A DNA stretch of 64,000 nucleotides from an uncultured Lachnospiraceae bacterium (GTDB taxonomy: Bacteria > Bacillota > Clostridia > Lachnospirales > Lachnospiraceae), in assembly GCA_946552115.1 (NCBI GenBank), contig CAMNRH010000009.1, positions 18,626-82,625 on the forward strand, read 5' to 3'. Shown in pieces: positions 24,842-34,563 of this stretch. Both the position numbers and the translations under genes were made by a program. The first letter of the stretch is position 1; each line of letters opens with the position of its first letter. The notes beneath the pieces are model-generated. The model ran no database searches. It was not told the origin of the DNA and worked only from the letters and a program-made list of their open reading frames with translations.

Positions 24842-25913
24842 GATTCACCAACAGTTCGCTCATACGGCGCTCCTCCATAAAAGTATTTCCATTATATAAA
24901 AACAATACACTTGTAATTCTCTTTTCCTCCATCAACTGATAAAGATTCCCCTCATAAGACTGTGAATCTATCGCGATAATTTCCCGATAACAGGGAATCA
25001 GGAAAGGGAGCAGGCAATTTGCATAGGAATCCTTAAGCACCAGCAGCCGTTCCGATGAATCTGCCGCCGTCCGGATATCTATAAGCGGAAAATCTCCGCC
25101 GAAAAACACCTGATACTTATCCCTGTCCTCAAGCTTCGAGCTGTCGTACACGGTTGCTGTCCTTTCTTTTTCCCCCTCATAATCTATCACAAATTCTGTA
25201 TTTTCCTCCGCATCCGCCGCGCTGTATATATATACAGGTTCCCTGTAGCTTCCCTCATAACCGCTGCGCAAGGAAAGATTTCCGCTGAAATCTCCTGTCA
25301 CCGCATACCGCTTAAGCTCCGGAGCGCTTGATTCGTTAAGCCCCATCGTCCTGACAAGCTCCTGACTGGCATAAAGAGCGCCAGCCGTTGTCCAGTGAGA
25401 ATCCGTATGATAATAGATATCCTCATCCTTATGCTTCCTGAGCGTTTTCTGCACATCTACCCACACAAAATCTTCTCCCAGCTCCTTTCGTATTCTTTCA
25501 AACTGCTCCGATTGATTTTCTGTCACCGCAAGAGACGGAAGCTTGTCCGACAATATATTTGCGGCATTGGGCGCAAGAAGCATATAAAAGGATAATTCCG
25601 GACAGGCCTGCCTGAATTCTTTCATCGCATTCAGGTTCGCGGTAAGCACTTTTTCATCCGGCACAGCAATATACTCAAAGAGATAATTGTCCTTTCCCCT
25701 CAATACCCCGTTTGACTCGTTCTTTCCCGTCATGCGGCCTGTGCCGGCTCTCACAGACATCCAGAATGCCTTTTCGGAAAACATCCGCCCTTTCGAAGCC
25801 GCGTTCACAAGACCAGTGAATACAAGAACCCCGGCAAACAGGAACGCTATCGCCCGTCTGCTCTGAGTGAGTCCTCTTTTTCTTTTTTGCCTCTCGGATT
25901 TTCTCTGTTTCAT
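24828..25913 (-). CDS. DHHW-family protein (AlgX/AlgJ-like partner of an MBOAT), copy 1
   Basis: 361 aa with an N-terminal anchor and the motif YYHTDSHWTTAGALYA (a DHHW variant). Confidence 0.7.
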   Translation of the reverse strand: MKQRKSERQKRKRGLTQSRRAIAFLFAGVLVFTGLVNAASKGRMFSEKAFWMSVRAGTGRMTGKNESNGVLRGKDNYLFEYIAVPDEKVLTANLNAMKEFRQACPELSFYMLLAPNAANILSDKLPSLAVTENQSEQFERIRKELGEDFVWVDVQKTLRKHKDEDIYYHTDSHWTTAGALYASQELVRTMGLNESSAPELKRYAVTGDFSGNLSLRSGYEGSYREPVYIYSAADAEENTEFVIDYEGEKERTATVYDSSKLEDRDKYQVFFGGDFPLIDIRTAADSSERLLVLKDSYANCLLPFLIPCYREIIAIDSQSYEGNLYQLMEEKRITSVLFLYNGNTFMEERRMSELLVNHETE

Positions 25914-25922
25914 ATACCTCTC

Positions 25923-27326
25923 CTAAAATCTGAAATACAAAAACGGACTGTACGGCTCTGTCGCCAAATACGCAATGCACAGGAAAAAGATTGCCATATA
26001 TATTATACAATTCGCCGCTGTCTTTACCCGTTTACCTCCGTATATCACACGCTCATACAAATTATGGACGACAGGCGCCGCGCCCAGAACGAGCATCAAC
26101 CACAGACACGCGTTCGTCAGGAGAAAATAAACTCCCTGCCTGTCCACAACACCGTGCCCTCCGATGCCGGCCATAAGCTTCAAATAATTTACCGCGCTTA
26201 CGGGCGTCGGACTAAAGAAAAAAGTCCACCCTGTCATCACAAACAGCAGACAATACAGATGGCCTATAAATGCCGGCATTTTTCTTAAGCTTCCTCTCAT
26301 TAGATGATTTTCAAACAGAAGTATCAGACAGAAGTAAATCCCCCACAGAAGAAAGTTCCACGACGCACCGTGCCAGAGGGCAACCAGCAGCCATACAAGA
26401 ACGACGCCTCCTGTATGTCCCGCCCCATCCGCCTGACTGCCTCCAAGCGGTATATAAACATAGTCCCGAAACCACATTCTTAAAGAAATATGCCACCTGT
26501 GCCAAAATTCCGTAACACTCTTCGCCATATACGGATAGGAAAAATTCTTTTTAAACTCGAACCCAAACATCTTTCCAAGCCCAATTGCCATATCCGAATA
26601 TCCGCTCAAATCATAATAAATCTGAAACGCAAAGGCCGCGCACCCAAGCCAGGCCGTTAAAACCGAAACTTTCCCGGCCTCCATGAGAAAGATTCTCTGA
26701 AATATCTGCCCTGCCTCATTCGCAAGCAATACCTTTTTCGCAAGACCTCTGATAAATAAAAGAGTTCCGTCTCCCAAATTTTCCAGAGATTCCTTTCTGG
26801 CGCCAAGCTGTGCGGAAATATCCTTATAGCGCACAAGAGGTCCGGCAACCAGCCGCGGAAACATTGCTATATAAACCGCAAAATTCAGTATGTTTTTTTC
26901 TGCTTTTATTTCTCCGCGATATACATCAATGATATAGGACAATATTTGAAGCATATAAAAAGAAATTCCTATCGGCGGCACAAGCTGCTGCTTAAAGCCC
27001 ATTGGAAGTACAATACTGACATTCCCGAATACCCTCTGCGCGTACTTCAAAAAAACCATGATGAACAGATTCACCGCGATATTGAACACCAGTTTTTTTC
27101 CCGCTCTCTTCCTGTTCTTCAGGCTCCGCGCAATAGAAAGCGCACCAAAATAATTAAACAGAATTAAAACAGACATAAGGAAAATATAAAACGGCTCGCC
27201 CCATCCATAAAAAAACAGGCTTCCCACACAAAGCACCGCGTTTTTCAGCACTCTGGGCGCAAGATAATAGACAATTAAAATAATAGGCAGAAATGAAAAT
27301 AAAAATACCGTACTGCTAAATAGCAT
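25923..27326 (-). CDS. MBOAT family O-acyltransferase (AlgI/DltB/PatA-like), copy 1
   Basis: 467 aa polytopic protein. Motifs SVTEFWHRWHISLRMWFRDYVYIPLGG and ..WHGASW. Confidence 0.85.
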   Translation of the reverse strand: MLFSSTVFLFSFLPIILIVYYLAPRVLKNAVLCVGSLFFYGWGEPFYIFLMSVLILFNYFGALSIARSLKNRKRAGKKLVFNIAVNLFIMVFLKYAQRVFGNVSIVLPMGFKQQLVPPIGISFYMLQILSYIIDVYRGEIKAEKNILNFAVYIAMFPRLVAGPLVRYKDISAQLGARKESLENLGDGTLLFIRGLAKKVLLANEAGQIFQRIFLMEAGKVSVLTAWLGCAAFAFQIYYDLSGYSDMAIGLGKMFGFEFKKNFSYPYMAKSVTEFWHRWHISLRMWFRDYVYIPLGGSQADGAGHTGGVVLVWLLVALWHGASWNFLLWGIYFCLILLFENHLMRGSLRKMPAFIGHLYCLLFVMTGWTFFFSPTPVSAVNYLKLMAGIGGHGVVDRQGVYFLLTNACLWLMLVLGAAPVVHNLYERVIYGGKRVKTAANCIIYMAIFFLCIAYLATEPYSPFLYFRF

Positions 27327-27375
27327 GTCATTTTTCCTTCCATAAAAACATCTAATGTAAAATACACGCAGGCCG

Positions 27376-28164
27376 CTACAGCTCTGCTTTCCCCGCCATA
27401 CAGGAAATCCACTCCGGATAATAGGCCGCTGTCATATGAATTCCGTCGGCTTCATAATACTCCTCTTTCATAAACTCTGTCTGGTTAATAAAGGCAACCT
27501 GCTCGCTTTCGCACACCGCTTCAAGCTGTCTGTTATATTCGTCTATAACCGCATATCCCTGATTTTCCTCAAGCGCCGCCTGGCTTACCGGTACGATACT
27601 GTTCACATAAACCGTCGAATCCGGAAGCCCGTTCTTCAGACTTACAAGTATATTTTTATAGCCTGACGCAAAGGCCGCCGCATCCTCTCCTCCGATTTCC
27701 GAATCTCCTCTGCCAAGCACAAGAAAAATCTTTTTCGGACTGTCTGCTATCACCTGCTCCAGCATAGCCGTAAGCCCTGTTTCATCCGCATGAACTACAC
27801 TTAAGCTCTGTGCGGCGTTCACAACCCCCGCTTCCAGATACTCATATTCATAAAGACCCTGACAGATAACGTCTCCCAAAATCAGGCAGTCTGTAAATTT
27901 TTCACTATTGGTCCGGTTCTGACGCTCCTCATAAGCCTTTTCTTCTTTTTTTTCAAGCTTTTTTATTTTTTCATCTATTTTATTTACATCTGCTTTTGCC
28001 AGCTCTTCCAGCTTTTTTTCACCTGCTGTAGAATCCACCCGCAAATTCCTCATCCGGAGCGCAACGACGGCGCCCCCGGCTATAAACAAAACAATCATCA
28101 CAGTAACTGCAAGACGCAGCACACGATCCTCCTCTGCGGAGCGCTTTTCTTTTTTCATATGCAC
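27376..28164 (-). CDS. membrane-anchored SGNH/GDSL-like hydrolase or acyltransferase
   Basis: 262 aa. TM anchor, coiled-coil linker, then LILGDVICQG...GRGDSE...DGIHMT. Confidence 0.6.
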   Translation of the reverse strand: MHMKKEKRSAEEDRVLRLAVTVMIVLFIAGGAVVALRMRNLRVDSTAGEKKLEELAKADVNKIDEKIKKLEKKEEKAYEERQNRTNSEKFTDCLILGDVICQGLYEYEYLEAGVVNAAQSLSVVHADETGLTAMLEQVIADSPKKIFLVLGRGDSEIGGEDAAAFASGYKNILVSLKNGLPDSTVYVNSIVPVSQAALEENQGYAVIDEYNRQLEAVCESEQVAFINQTEFMKEEYYEADGIHMTAAYYPEWISCMAGKAEL

Positions 28165-28178
28165 ATCTCCCGGCTACA

Positions 28179-28207
28179 ATTATACTATTTCCTGTGTCAG
28201 AAGTCAA
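28179..28207 (-). promoter_or_regulatory. consensus sigma-A promoter TTGACT-17-TATAAT for the SGNH-MBOAT1-DHHW1 unit
   Basis: Minus strand: TTGACT (28207-28202), a 17-nt spacer, then TATAAT (28184-28179). Confidence 0.6.
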
Positions 28208-28258
28208 AAAATACGGCATTATACTACTATCCTCTTCAGATTATATAATGCCGTATTT
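28208..28258 (-). terminator. intrinsic terminator (15-bp perfect stem AAATACGGCATTATA / TATAATGCCGTATTT) after the 3D-domain gene
   Basis: On the minus strand the hairpin is followed by TTTTGAC. Confidence 0.65.
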
Positions 28259-28295
28259 GTCATTCATTATCTTTTACCCTTTGCACATTTATCTT

Positions 28296-29336
28296 CTACC
28301 AGTCGGTATAGATATCAATTGTGCCGCTTGCACAGCCCGTATCATAGACAACACCCATTCCAAGTGAGGTCATAACCTGCGTTCCTTTCGGATAATCGCT
28401 GCTTGCCAGACAAAGATTTCCGTTTCCGTCGCGGACCGTGCCATCCGCCGCCACATGGCGTCCCGGGATAGACAGACCGTGTCCCGGCAAAACTTTCTGG
28501 CTGTAATATGTCTCACGGTGCCCATTATAATAATTCACACCTTTTGACTTAGTGAGAACACCGTTACCGGACGGATAATTATAACCGGATTCGGACGAAC
28601 CTCCCGAGCCTCCTCCTGATGAATTTCCTCCGCTTTCCGTCTTTTGCGGGGTATTGTTTGTCTTGCTGGCTTTCGCCGCCTCTTCCTTTGCCGCTTTCTC
28701 TCTGGCCGCCTGTTCCGCTGCCTGCTGCTCTCTTATATTCTGAATCCTTGCTTCCAGCGTCTGCAAATCTGCCGATGCCGACTCTGCTTTTTTCTTAAGC
28801 TCTTTTCGTTTCTCTTTGAGTTTTTTCTCCAGCTTTACACATTCTTCCTGCTGTTCTTTTAAGTGTTCCTCTTCCTTTTCAATCGTATACCGAAGCTCCT
28901 GAAGCTCCTTAAACATATCACGATCATATTGGCTCACACTCTGGACAAACTGAACCTTATTCAGAAAATCCGGAAAATCCTCTGCTGAAAAAATCAGCCC
29001 CAGCATAGATTCGCCGCTGTTTTCATACATATACTGAATACGGATCTTCATATCAGCATAATGATCGTCCTCATTGTTTTTCGCAATGGCAAGCTGTTCC
29101 TCTGTCTTTGTTATATCGTTGTTAATGGCCTCGATTTCATTTTCATTCTCGGCAATCTGAGTTCCGATGTCAAGCAGCTCACTGTTGATACTGTCTAAAT
29201 TATTTCTCAGGCTGGAAGACTCATTCTCCAGACTGTCCAAATCAGACGCATGTATCTTCGGAACCGGGCAAAGAAAGCATCCCACACATACGCAGGCAAT
29301 TATCGTCTGTAACCGTCGCTTTAATAATGTTTTCAT
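28296..29336 (-). CDS. secreted coiled-coil protein with a C-terminal 3D (DPBB, MltA/YuiC-like) domain; CwlO/PcsB-like layout
   Basis: The ATG at 29336 gives the signal peptide MKTLLKRRLQTIIACVCVGCFLC. A long coiled coil and a Gly/Ser linker follow. The C-terminus reads ..GMGVVYDTGCASGTIDIYTDW. Confidence 0.65.
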   Translation of the reverse strand: MKTLLKRRLQTIIACVCVGCFLCPVPKIHASDLDSLENESSSLRNNLDSINSELLDIGTQIAENENEIEAINNDITKTEEQLAIAKNNEDDHYADMKIRIQYMYENSGESMLGLIFSAEDFPDFLNKVQFVQSVSQYDRDMFKELQELRYTIEKEEEHLKEQQEECVKLEKKLKEKRKELKKKAESASADLQTLEARIQNIREQQAAEQAAREKAAKEEAAKASKTNNTPQKTESGGNSSGGGSGGSSESGYNYPSGNGVLTKSKGVNYYNGHRETYYSQKVLPGHGLSIPGRHVAADGTVRDGNGNLCLASSDYPKGTQVMTSLGMGVVYDTGCASGTIDIYTDW

Positions 29337-29458
29337 GCAATTTCTCTTTCCTGAATTATTTGGGAAAATATTTTTTTCTCTCTGTTTCCCAAGCTGTTTT
29401 CGAGATACCGTCCTTATTTTACTATTTTTCTTACTGCTTGTCAATCCATGCATTCCAA

Positions 29459-30784
29459 TCAATAATTTACAATCTCTGACACATTGGACACAAGCGAGGT
29501 CGTACATGCCGCCATTACATTATTAAGAAACAGTACGTCTTTAATTTCCTTTTCCTTAATCAACGCCTGAAGACCCGACGGATAATAACGGTAATCTACG
29601 ACATAAACATACTCATAATGATCTGTTATAAACGGAACGAAAGCGTTTCCGTAGGACTCCTTGACAACAAGACAGGTACTTCCGTCGGTTTTGGTCGGGT
29701 TATGTATCCACGAAAAAGGCTCGTCGCCACCGATAAAACAATTATACTTTGACGCGGCATTCCAATCGGTCACATCGGCAATGATCTCATAATCTACCGT
29801 ATTTCCGTTTACGTCAAGATACTGCATTTTGTTCGTTGACAACGGAATGTACGCCGTTACCGTATCCGGATTATTTTCCAGTGCGGCCGCCTGATTACAA
29901 TAGGAATACATTGTTCCCAGAAAACCGTCAAAATTCTTTGTCTCATATTTGTCAAGAGGGGTAGGATCCATCTTCTTTACATCCATAAATTCACAATACG
30001 CGTAATATGCCGCCAACGCGGTCCAGTGATGGTCGCTCCGGAAATATAAATATTCGTCATTATGATTTTCCAATGTCGCAAATACGTCTACAGGCGTCAC
30101 CTTATCATCCAGCTTGTCATAAATATATTGAATCGCTTCCTTCTGGTCGCCGCTTCCCAAATCTTTCTGAAGCTTCTCGTCCAGATAAACACCGCTGCTG
30201 ATCGGCACAACCAGGTCATAAATCCTGACCTCCTTGTCTACCTTGTCCGCTAACGTATTTAAGGCCCCGGCATACTCATCCGCCGCATCCCTGTCAAACC
30301 CAAACAGGTTAAACGCCGTATCATCCGCCAGATAAACCGCTCCGAACTGTTCCTGAACCTGCGTAATCTCACGCTGCTTTTTTCCGTCCTTCAGCGTCTT
30401 ATTCTGTTTTTCCTCCTCAGTCTTATCCTTCTCTTTCCCGCCGTCTTTTTTTTTCTCCGACACTCCCGCCAATACCTGCGTGCTTCCGTATATCTGTGTC
30501 TTCTGCATACCGTATGCAGAACGGACCTTCATATTTCTTGAAATCAGCCAGTCCCGAAGAGGAAATGTATCTGCATACCACGTATTCACACCCTCAAAAA
30601 ATTCCCCGTTCCATAATGTTTCAAGAGTCGGAGAGGGAAATTTTTCAAGTTTTCGCTTCTCAACCTGCGATTCCTTAGGCCGGAGCGGAATTATCAGCGC
30701 AAGCAGGGCAAAAAAAAGTAATGTCCCCGCAAACGCGTATATTTTGATTTTCATATATTTTCTGCTTCTTCTCCTGCGTTTCAT
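29459..30784 (-). CDS. DHHW-family protein, copy 2
   Basis: 441 aa with an N-terminal anchor and the motif YFRSDHHWTALAAYYAY. Confidence 0.75.
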   Translation of the reverse strand: MKRRRRSRKYMKIKIYAFAGTLLFFALLALIIPLRPKESQVEKRKLEKFPSPTLETLWNGEFFEGVNTWYADTFPLRDWLISRNMKVRSAYGMQKTQIYGSTQVLAGVSEKKKDGGKEKDKTEEEKQNKTLKDGKKQREITQVQEQFGAVYLADDTAFNLFGFDRDAADEYAGALNTLADKVDKEVRIYDLVVPISSGVYLDEKLQKDLGSGDQKEAIQYIYDKLDDKVTPVDVFATLENHNDEYLYFRSDHHWTALAAYYAYCEFMDVKKMDPTPLDKYETKNFDGFLGTMYSYCNQAAALENNPDTVTAYIPLSTNKMQYLDVNGNTVDYEIIADVTDWNAASKYNCFIGGDEPFSWIHNPTKTDGSTCLVVKESYGNAFVPFITDHYEYVYVVDYRYYPSGLQALIKEKEIKDVLFLNNVMAACTTSLVSNVSEIVNY

Positions 30785-30802
30785 CTGTCCGCCGCCTTTC
30801 TC

Positions 30803-32239
30803 CTAAAACTGAAAATATAAAAACGGATTGTAACTGTTGCCTACCAATGCCATCGTCGCAAGGAAGACAAGCATAACCGGCCCTGCCACTTCGATCACCA
30901 TATAGACATAACTTACGGCAGTAATTCTGCCGAATCTTTTCCGCAGCATATGATAGCCCTCTTTCAATAACGGAGTGCAGGCGATAACAGCGGCAATTAT
31001 AAAAAATATATTATTCTGAAAGGTCACCTTTACTTCCATATTGCTGAATCCGTTGCCGTTTAAACCAAACATCCCAAGCAGAACATGTCCCAGGTAAGAC
31101 ATATCGCTGAATTTAAACAAAATCCACCCGAAATATACGACTGCCAGCGTATAAATATGCCCTGCCGCTTTCGGAAGTGTCTCCAGCTTGTCAAGAAAGC
31201 CGTTCTTCTCCAAAACAAGAAAAACATAATAAAACAATCCCCAAAATATGAAATTCCAGTTTGCGCCATGCCAGAATCCGGTCAGCGCCCACACAATAAA
31301 AAGATTCAGCATCGTCCTCTTCTGCCCTTTCCGGTTTCCGCCGAGCGGAATATAAATATAATCCCGGAAAAAGGAGCTTAAGGATATATGCCAGCGTCTC
31401 CAAAACTCCGTCACGGAACCGGCAATATATGGATAATTAAAATTCTCTTTAAAATGAAAGCCCGTCATTAACCCCATACCGATTGCCATATCCGAATATG
31501 CCGAAAAATCCAGATATATTTGCAGCATATACATAAATACGCCGAGCCAGAGGCCTGCCGCAGGTATTGCCTTTAATCCCTCAAGCGCCTGCGGGAACAT
31601 GACATCCGCAATTTCCGCACAGGAATTTGCAAAGACAGCCTTTTTCACCAGGCCAATCGCAAAACGGTTAATCCCCGCACTAATCTCAGGAAGCTTTGTC
31701 TTTCTGCTCTCAATCTCGTCCGCAACGTCCTTATACCGTACAATAGGACCCGCAATGCATTGAAAAAACAGCCCCGCATACAATAGAACAAGCCAATACT
31801 TCCCCTGCGCCTCCACATTTCCCCAGTACACGTCAATCACATAGGAAATCAGCTGAAAGGTATAAAAGGAAATTCCAATCGGCAGCGCAATCTGCGGAAT
31901 CTTTTCCGGAACCCCCGTAATATTATGGAGATTCCCAAGCAGAAATCCCGCATATTTAAAATAAGCCAGTAATCCAAGCTGCAATCCCACCCCGGCAATC
32001 AAAAACACCTTTTTCACAACCGGATTATCCTGATTATCATAAATAAAAAGCGCCGATACCCAGCTTATCAGACACATTACAAGCAAAAGCACCAGATACC
32101 TCGGGCCTCCCCACGCGTAAAAAATCAATGAAGCCACAAGCAGTACTATATTTTTTTTATTCAAGGAAGGCATCAGACAGTAAACGGCCATCGTAATCGA
32201 AAAAAACAAAAACAAGAATAAAAGACTTGAAAAAACCAA
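30803..32239 (-). CDS. MBOAT family O-acyltransferase, copy 2
   Basis: The probable TTG start at 32239 lies 2 nt after GGAGGAGAGAG and gives (M)VFSSLLFLF, like copy 1 (MLFSSTVFLF). Motif SVTEFWRRWHISLSSFFRDYIYIPLGG. Confidence 0.85.
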   Translation of the reverse strand: MVFSSLLFLFLFFSITMAVYCLMPSLNKKNIVLLVASLIFYAWGGPRYLVLLLVMCLISWVSALFIYDNQDNPVVKKVFLIAGVGLQLGLLAYFKYAGFLLGNLHNITGVPEKIPQIALPIGISFYTFQLISYVIDVYWGNVEAQGKYWLVLLYAGLFFQCIAGPIVRYKDVADEIESRKTKLPEISAGINRFAIGLVKKAVFANSCAEIADVMFPQALEGLKAIPAAGLWLGVFMYMLQIYLDFSAYSDMAIGMGLMTGFHFKENFNYPYIAGSVTEFWRRWHISLSSFFRDYIYIPLGGNRKGQKRTMLNLFIVWALTGFWHGANWNFIFWGLFYYVFLVLEKNGFLDKLETLPKAAGHIYTLAVVYFGWILFKFSDMSYLGHVLLGMFGLNGNGFSNMEVKVTFQNNIFFIIAAVIACTPLLKEGYHMLRKRFGRITAVSYVYMVIEVAGPVMLVFLATMALVGNSYNPFLYFQF

Positions 32240-32417
32240 AGCTCTCTCCTCCAAAATGCAACAAAACATAATATATTTTAGTGTAATACATTTTTATATA
32301 TTATTCAAACATATTCGCTAAAAATCGACATTTTTTACATACTCAAAAATAAAAGTATTAAAATTTTCAAAAATGTGATAGACTATTCACGATAGTTTGG
32401 TAAAGGTGGGATACAGC

Positions 32418-33062
32418 ATGGGATTATCAATTCCGATTGAAACAAGCGCACGCCATATACATATGTGCCAGAAAGATTTTGAAATATTATTCGGCGAAGG
32501 CTCTTCTCTTACCTGTAAAGCGGAGTTAAGCCAGCCGGGACAGTATGTCTGCGAAGAACGGATTACCGTCAAAGGTCCTAAGGACGCCTTTGAAAATGTA
32601 GCGATTCTCGGACCTTTCCGTCCTGAAACCCAGCTTGAAATATCCATGACTGATTCAAGAAAGCTTGGAATTCCCGGAATCATCAGACAGTCTGGAGACA
32701 CGGAAGGAACACCCGGATGCACCCTTATCGGGCCGAATGGCGCTCTGGAAATCGACCACGGCGTTATTGTGGCCAAACGCCATATCCATATGACGCCCGT
32801 GCAGGCGATGCAGCTGAATGTCAAAGACAACGACGATGTATTCGTCATTACGGAAAGCTATGAGCGCTCTCTTATTTTTGCAGATGTTGTTGTGCGTGTC
32901 AGCCCGAAATTCGCTCTTGCAATGCATGTGGATACGGACGAGGCAAACGCATTTGCCAGCGACAGTACCCCAAGCGGCGTTATTTTAAAGCTTTTCAGCG
33001 GAAACACGTACAATCTTCAGAAATGGGCGGAAGAAATCCAGAGCGGAATTCACAGATTATAA
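32418..33062 (+). CDS. pduL: phosphate propanoyl/acetyl-transferase PduL
   Basis: IETSARHIHM...VAKRHIHMTP duplicated PduL signature. ATG at 32418 with an AAGGTGGGA RBS. Confidence 0.85.
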   Translation: MGLSIPIETSARHIHMCQKDFEILFGEGSSLTCKAELSQPGQYVCEERITVKGPKDAFENVAILGPFRPETQLEISMTDSRKLGIPGIIRQSGDTEGTPGCTLIGPNGALEIDHGVIVAKRHIHMTPVQAMQLNVKDNDDVFVITESYERSLIFADVVVRVSPKFALAMHVDTDEANAFASDSTPSGVILKLFSGNTYNLQKWAEEIQSGIHRL

Positions 33063-33080
33063 TGGGGACAGGGTAATTTC

Positions 33081-33122
33081 AATTGGGGACGGGGTTTTTT
33101 TAGAAAAACCCCGTCCCCAATT
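33081..33122. repeat. GGGGACGGGG palindromic intergenic element, copy 3 (between convergent genes)
   Basis: AATTGGGGACGGGGTTTTTTTAGAAAAACCCCGTCCCCAATT. A degenerate half-site TGGGGACAGGG lies at 33063-33073. Confidence 0.8.
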
Positions 33123-33125
33123 GCA

Positions 33126-34538
33126 TTACTCTTTTCCGTTAAAGCAGTACGTACATATTTTACACGGTTCGATTCCGATTGATTCCAGCAAATCGTCCAG
33201 CTGGTGAAAACGAAGTGTTGTAAAATTCTGCTGTTTCCGGATATCCTCCACCATCTGAGCATATTTGCAGGAGCATGGATTTGCGTATTCATCCAGAACC
33301 TCCTGCGGGCAGTTCTCCCCTTCTCTTTTCTTAATCATCTGCCTTGTAATCAGTTCCATCTCTGATTTTGAGCGTGAAAAATTCAAATATTTACATCCGT
33401 AAAGAAGCGGCGGACACGCCGGACGGACATGTACCTCTTTCGCGCCGCTGTTATAGAGAAATTCTGTCGTCTCACGGAGCTGGGTACCCCGTACAATCGA
33501 ATCATCTATTAACAGAAGCTTTTTATTTTCAATCAATGCATGCACCGGTATCAGCTTCATACGGGCAATCAGATTCCTCTGATTCTGATTGGTGGGCATA
33601 AAAGAGCGCGGCCACGTCGGCGTATATTTAATAAACGGCCTTGCATAGGGAATCCCGGATTCATTCGCGTAGCCGATTGCATGAGCAATTCCGGAATCCG
33701 GCACGCCCGCTACAATATCAGGGTGAACACTGTCTCCGTCCCGCTTTGCAAGCATACTTCCGCATTTATAGCGCATCTCCTCCACATTTACTCCTTCGTA
33801 TGATGAAGTCGGATACCCGTAATATACCCACAGGAAAGAACAGATCCGCATCTTCTCGCGGGGAGCGCTTAAGGTTTCTACCCCCTCCGGAGTAATCAGC
33901 GCGATTTCCGACGGCCCCAGTTCCTTATAGTCCGTATATCCGAGATTGATATACGCATGGCTTTCAAAGGATACGCAATATGCGTTTTCTTTCCGTCCTA
34001 TTACGAGAGGTGTTCTCCCATAACGGTCTCTCGCCGCATAAATCCCGTCTTTCGTCAGAAGTAACAGTGTCATGGAGCCGTCCACAATCTCCTGCACATA
34101 TTTAATTCCCTCTAAAATAGAATCTTTCTCGCAGATTAACGCTGCGATCAGCTCCGTTACATTAATCTGGCCGTTCGTCATTTCCTGAAAATGCGAATGG
34201 GTATTTTCATACAGTTCATTCTGAAGCTCGTCGTAATTATTGACCTTTCCGACTGTTGTAATTGCAAAGCTTCCGAGCTTCGAGCGGATTAAGAGCGGCT
34301 GCGGCTCAAAATCAGAAATACATCCGATTCCAATATATCCTTTCATCTCTCCTACATCCCTGTCAAACTTCGTACGAAAGGGCGAGTTCTCAATATTGTG
34401 AATCGCCCGATTAAAGCCTCCCTCTCCGTAGGTCGCCATTCCGCCTCTTCTTGTTCCCAGGTGGGAATGATAATCTACTCCGTAAAATAATTCTAATACG
34501 CAGTCTTCCTTTGATGCTACTCCAAAAAAGCCTCCCAT
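33126..34538 (-). CDS. amidophosphoribosyltransferase-like protein (class II GATase fold + PRTase) lacking the N-terminal nucleophile Cys
   Basis: 470 aa. It starts MGGFFGVASKEDC, where canonical PurF has (M)CG(I/V)xG. The PRTase motif LLLIDDSIVRGTQ is present. Confidence 0.7.
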   Translation of the reverse strand: MGGFFGVASKEDCVLELFYGVDYHSHLGTRRGGMATYGEGGFNRAIHNIENSPFRTKFDRDVGEMKGYIGIGCISDFEPQPLLIRSKLGSFAITTVGKVNNYDELQNELYENTHSHFQEMTNGQINVTELIAALICEKDSILEGIKYVQEIVDGSMTLLLLTKDGIYAARDRYGRTPLVIGRKENAYCVSFESHAYINLGYTDYKELGPSEIALITPEGVETLSAPREKMRICSFLWVYYGYPTSSYEGVNVEEMRYKCGSMLAKRDGDSVHPDIVAGVPDSGIAHAIGYANESGIPYARPFIKYTPTWPRSFMPTNQNQRNLIARMKLIPVHALIENKKLLLIDDSIVRGTQLRETTEFLYNSGAKEVHVRPACPPLLYGCKYLNFSRSKSEMELITRQMIKKREGENCPQEVLDEYANPCSCKYAQMVEDIRKQQNFTTLRFHQLDDLLESIGIEPCKICTYCFNGKE

Positions 34539-34563
34539 ACGACTTCTCCTTTCTCCGCAGGCA

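Noticed and set aside
32374-32391. A CRP/FNR-like half-site pair, TGTGA-N8-TCACG, upstream of pduL.
   Set aside because: The spacing (8 rather than 6) and the imperfect second half-site do not fit the consensus. It does not match a cre (CcpA) site either.
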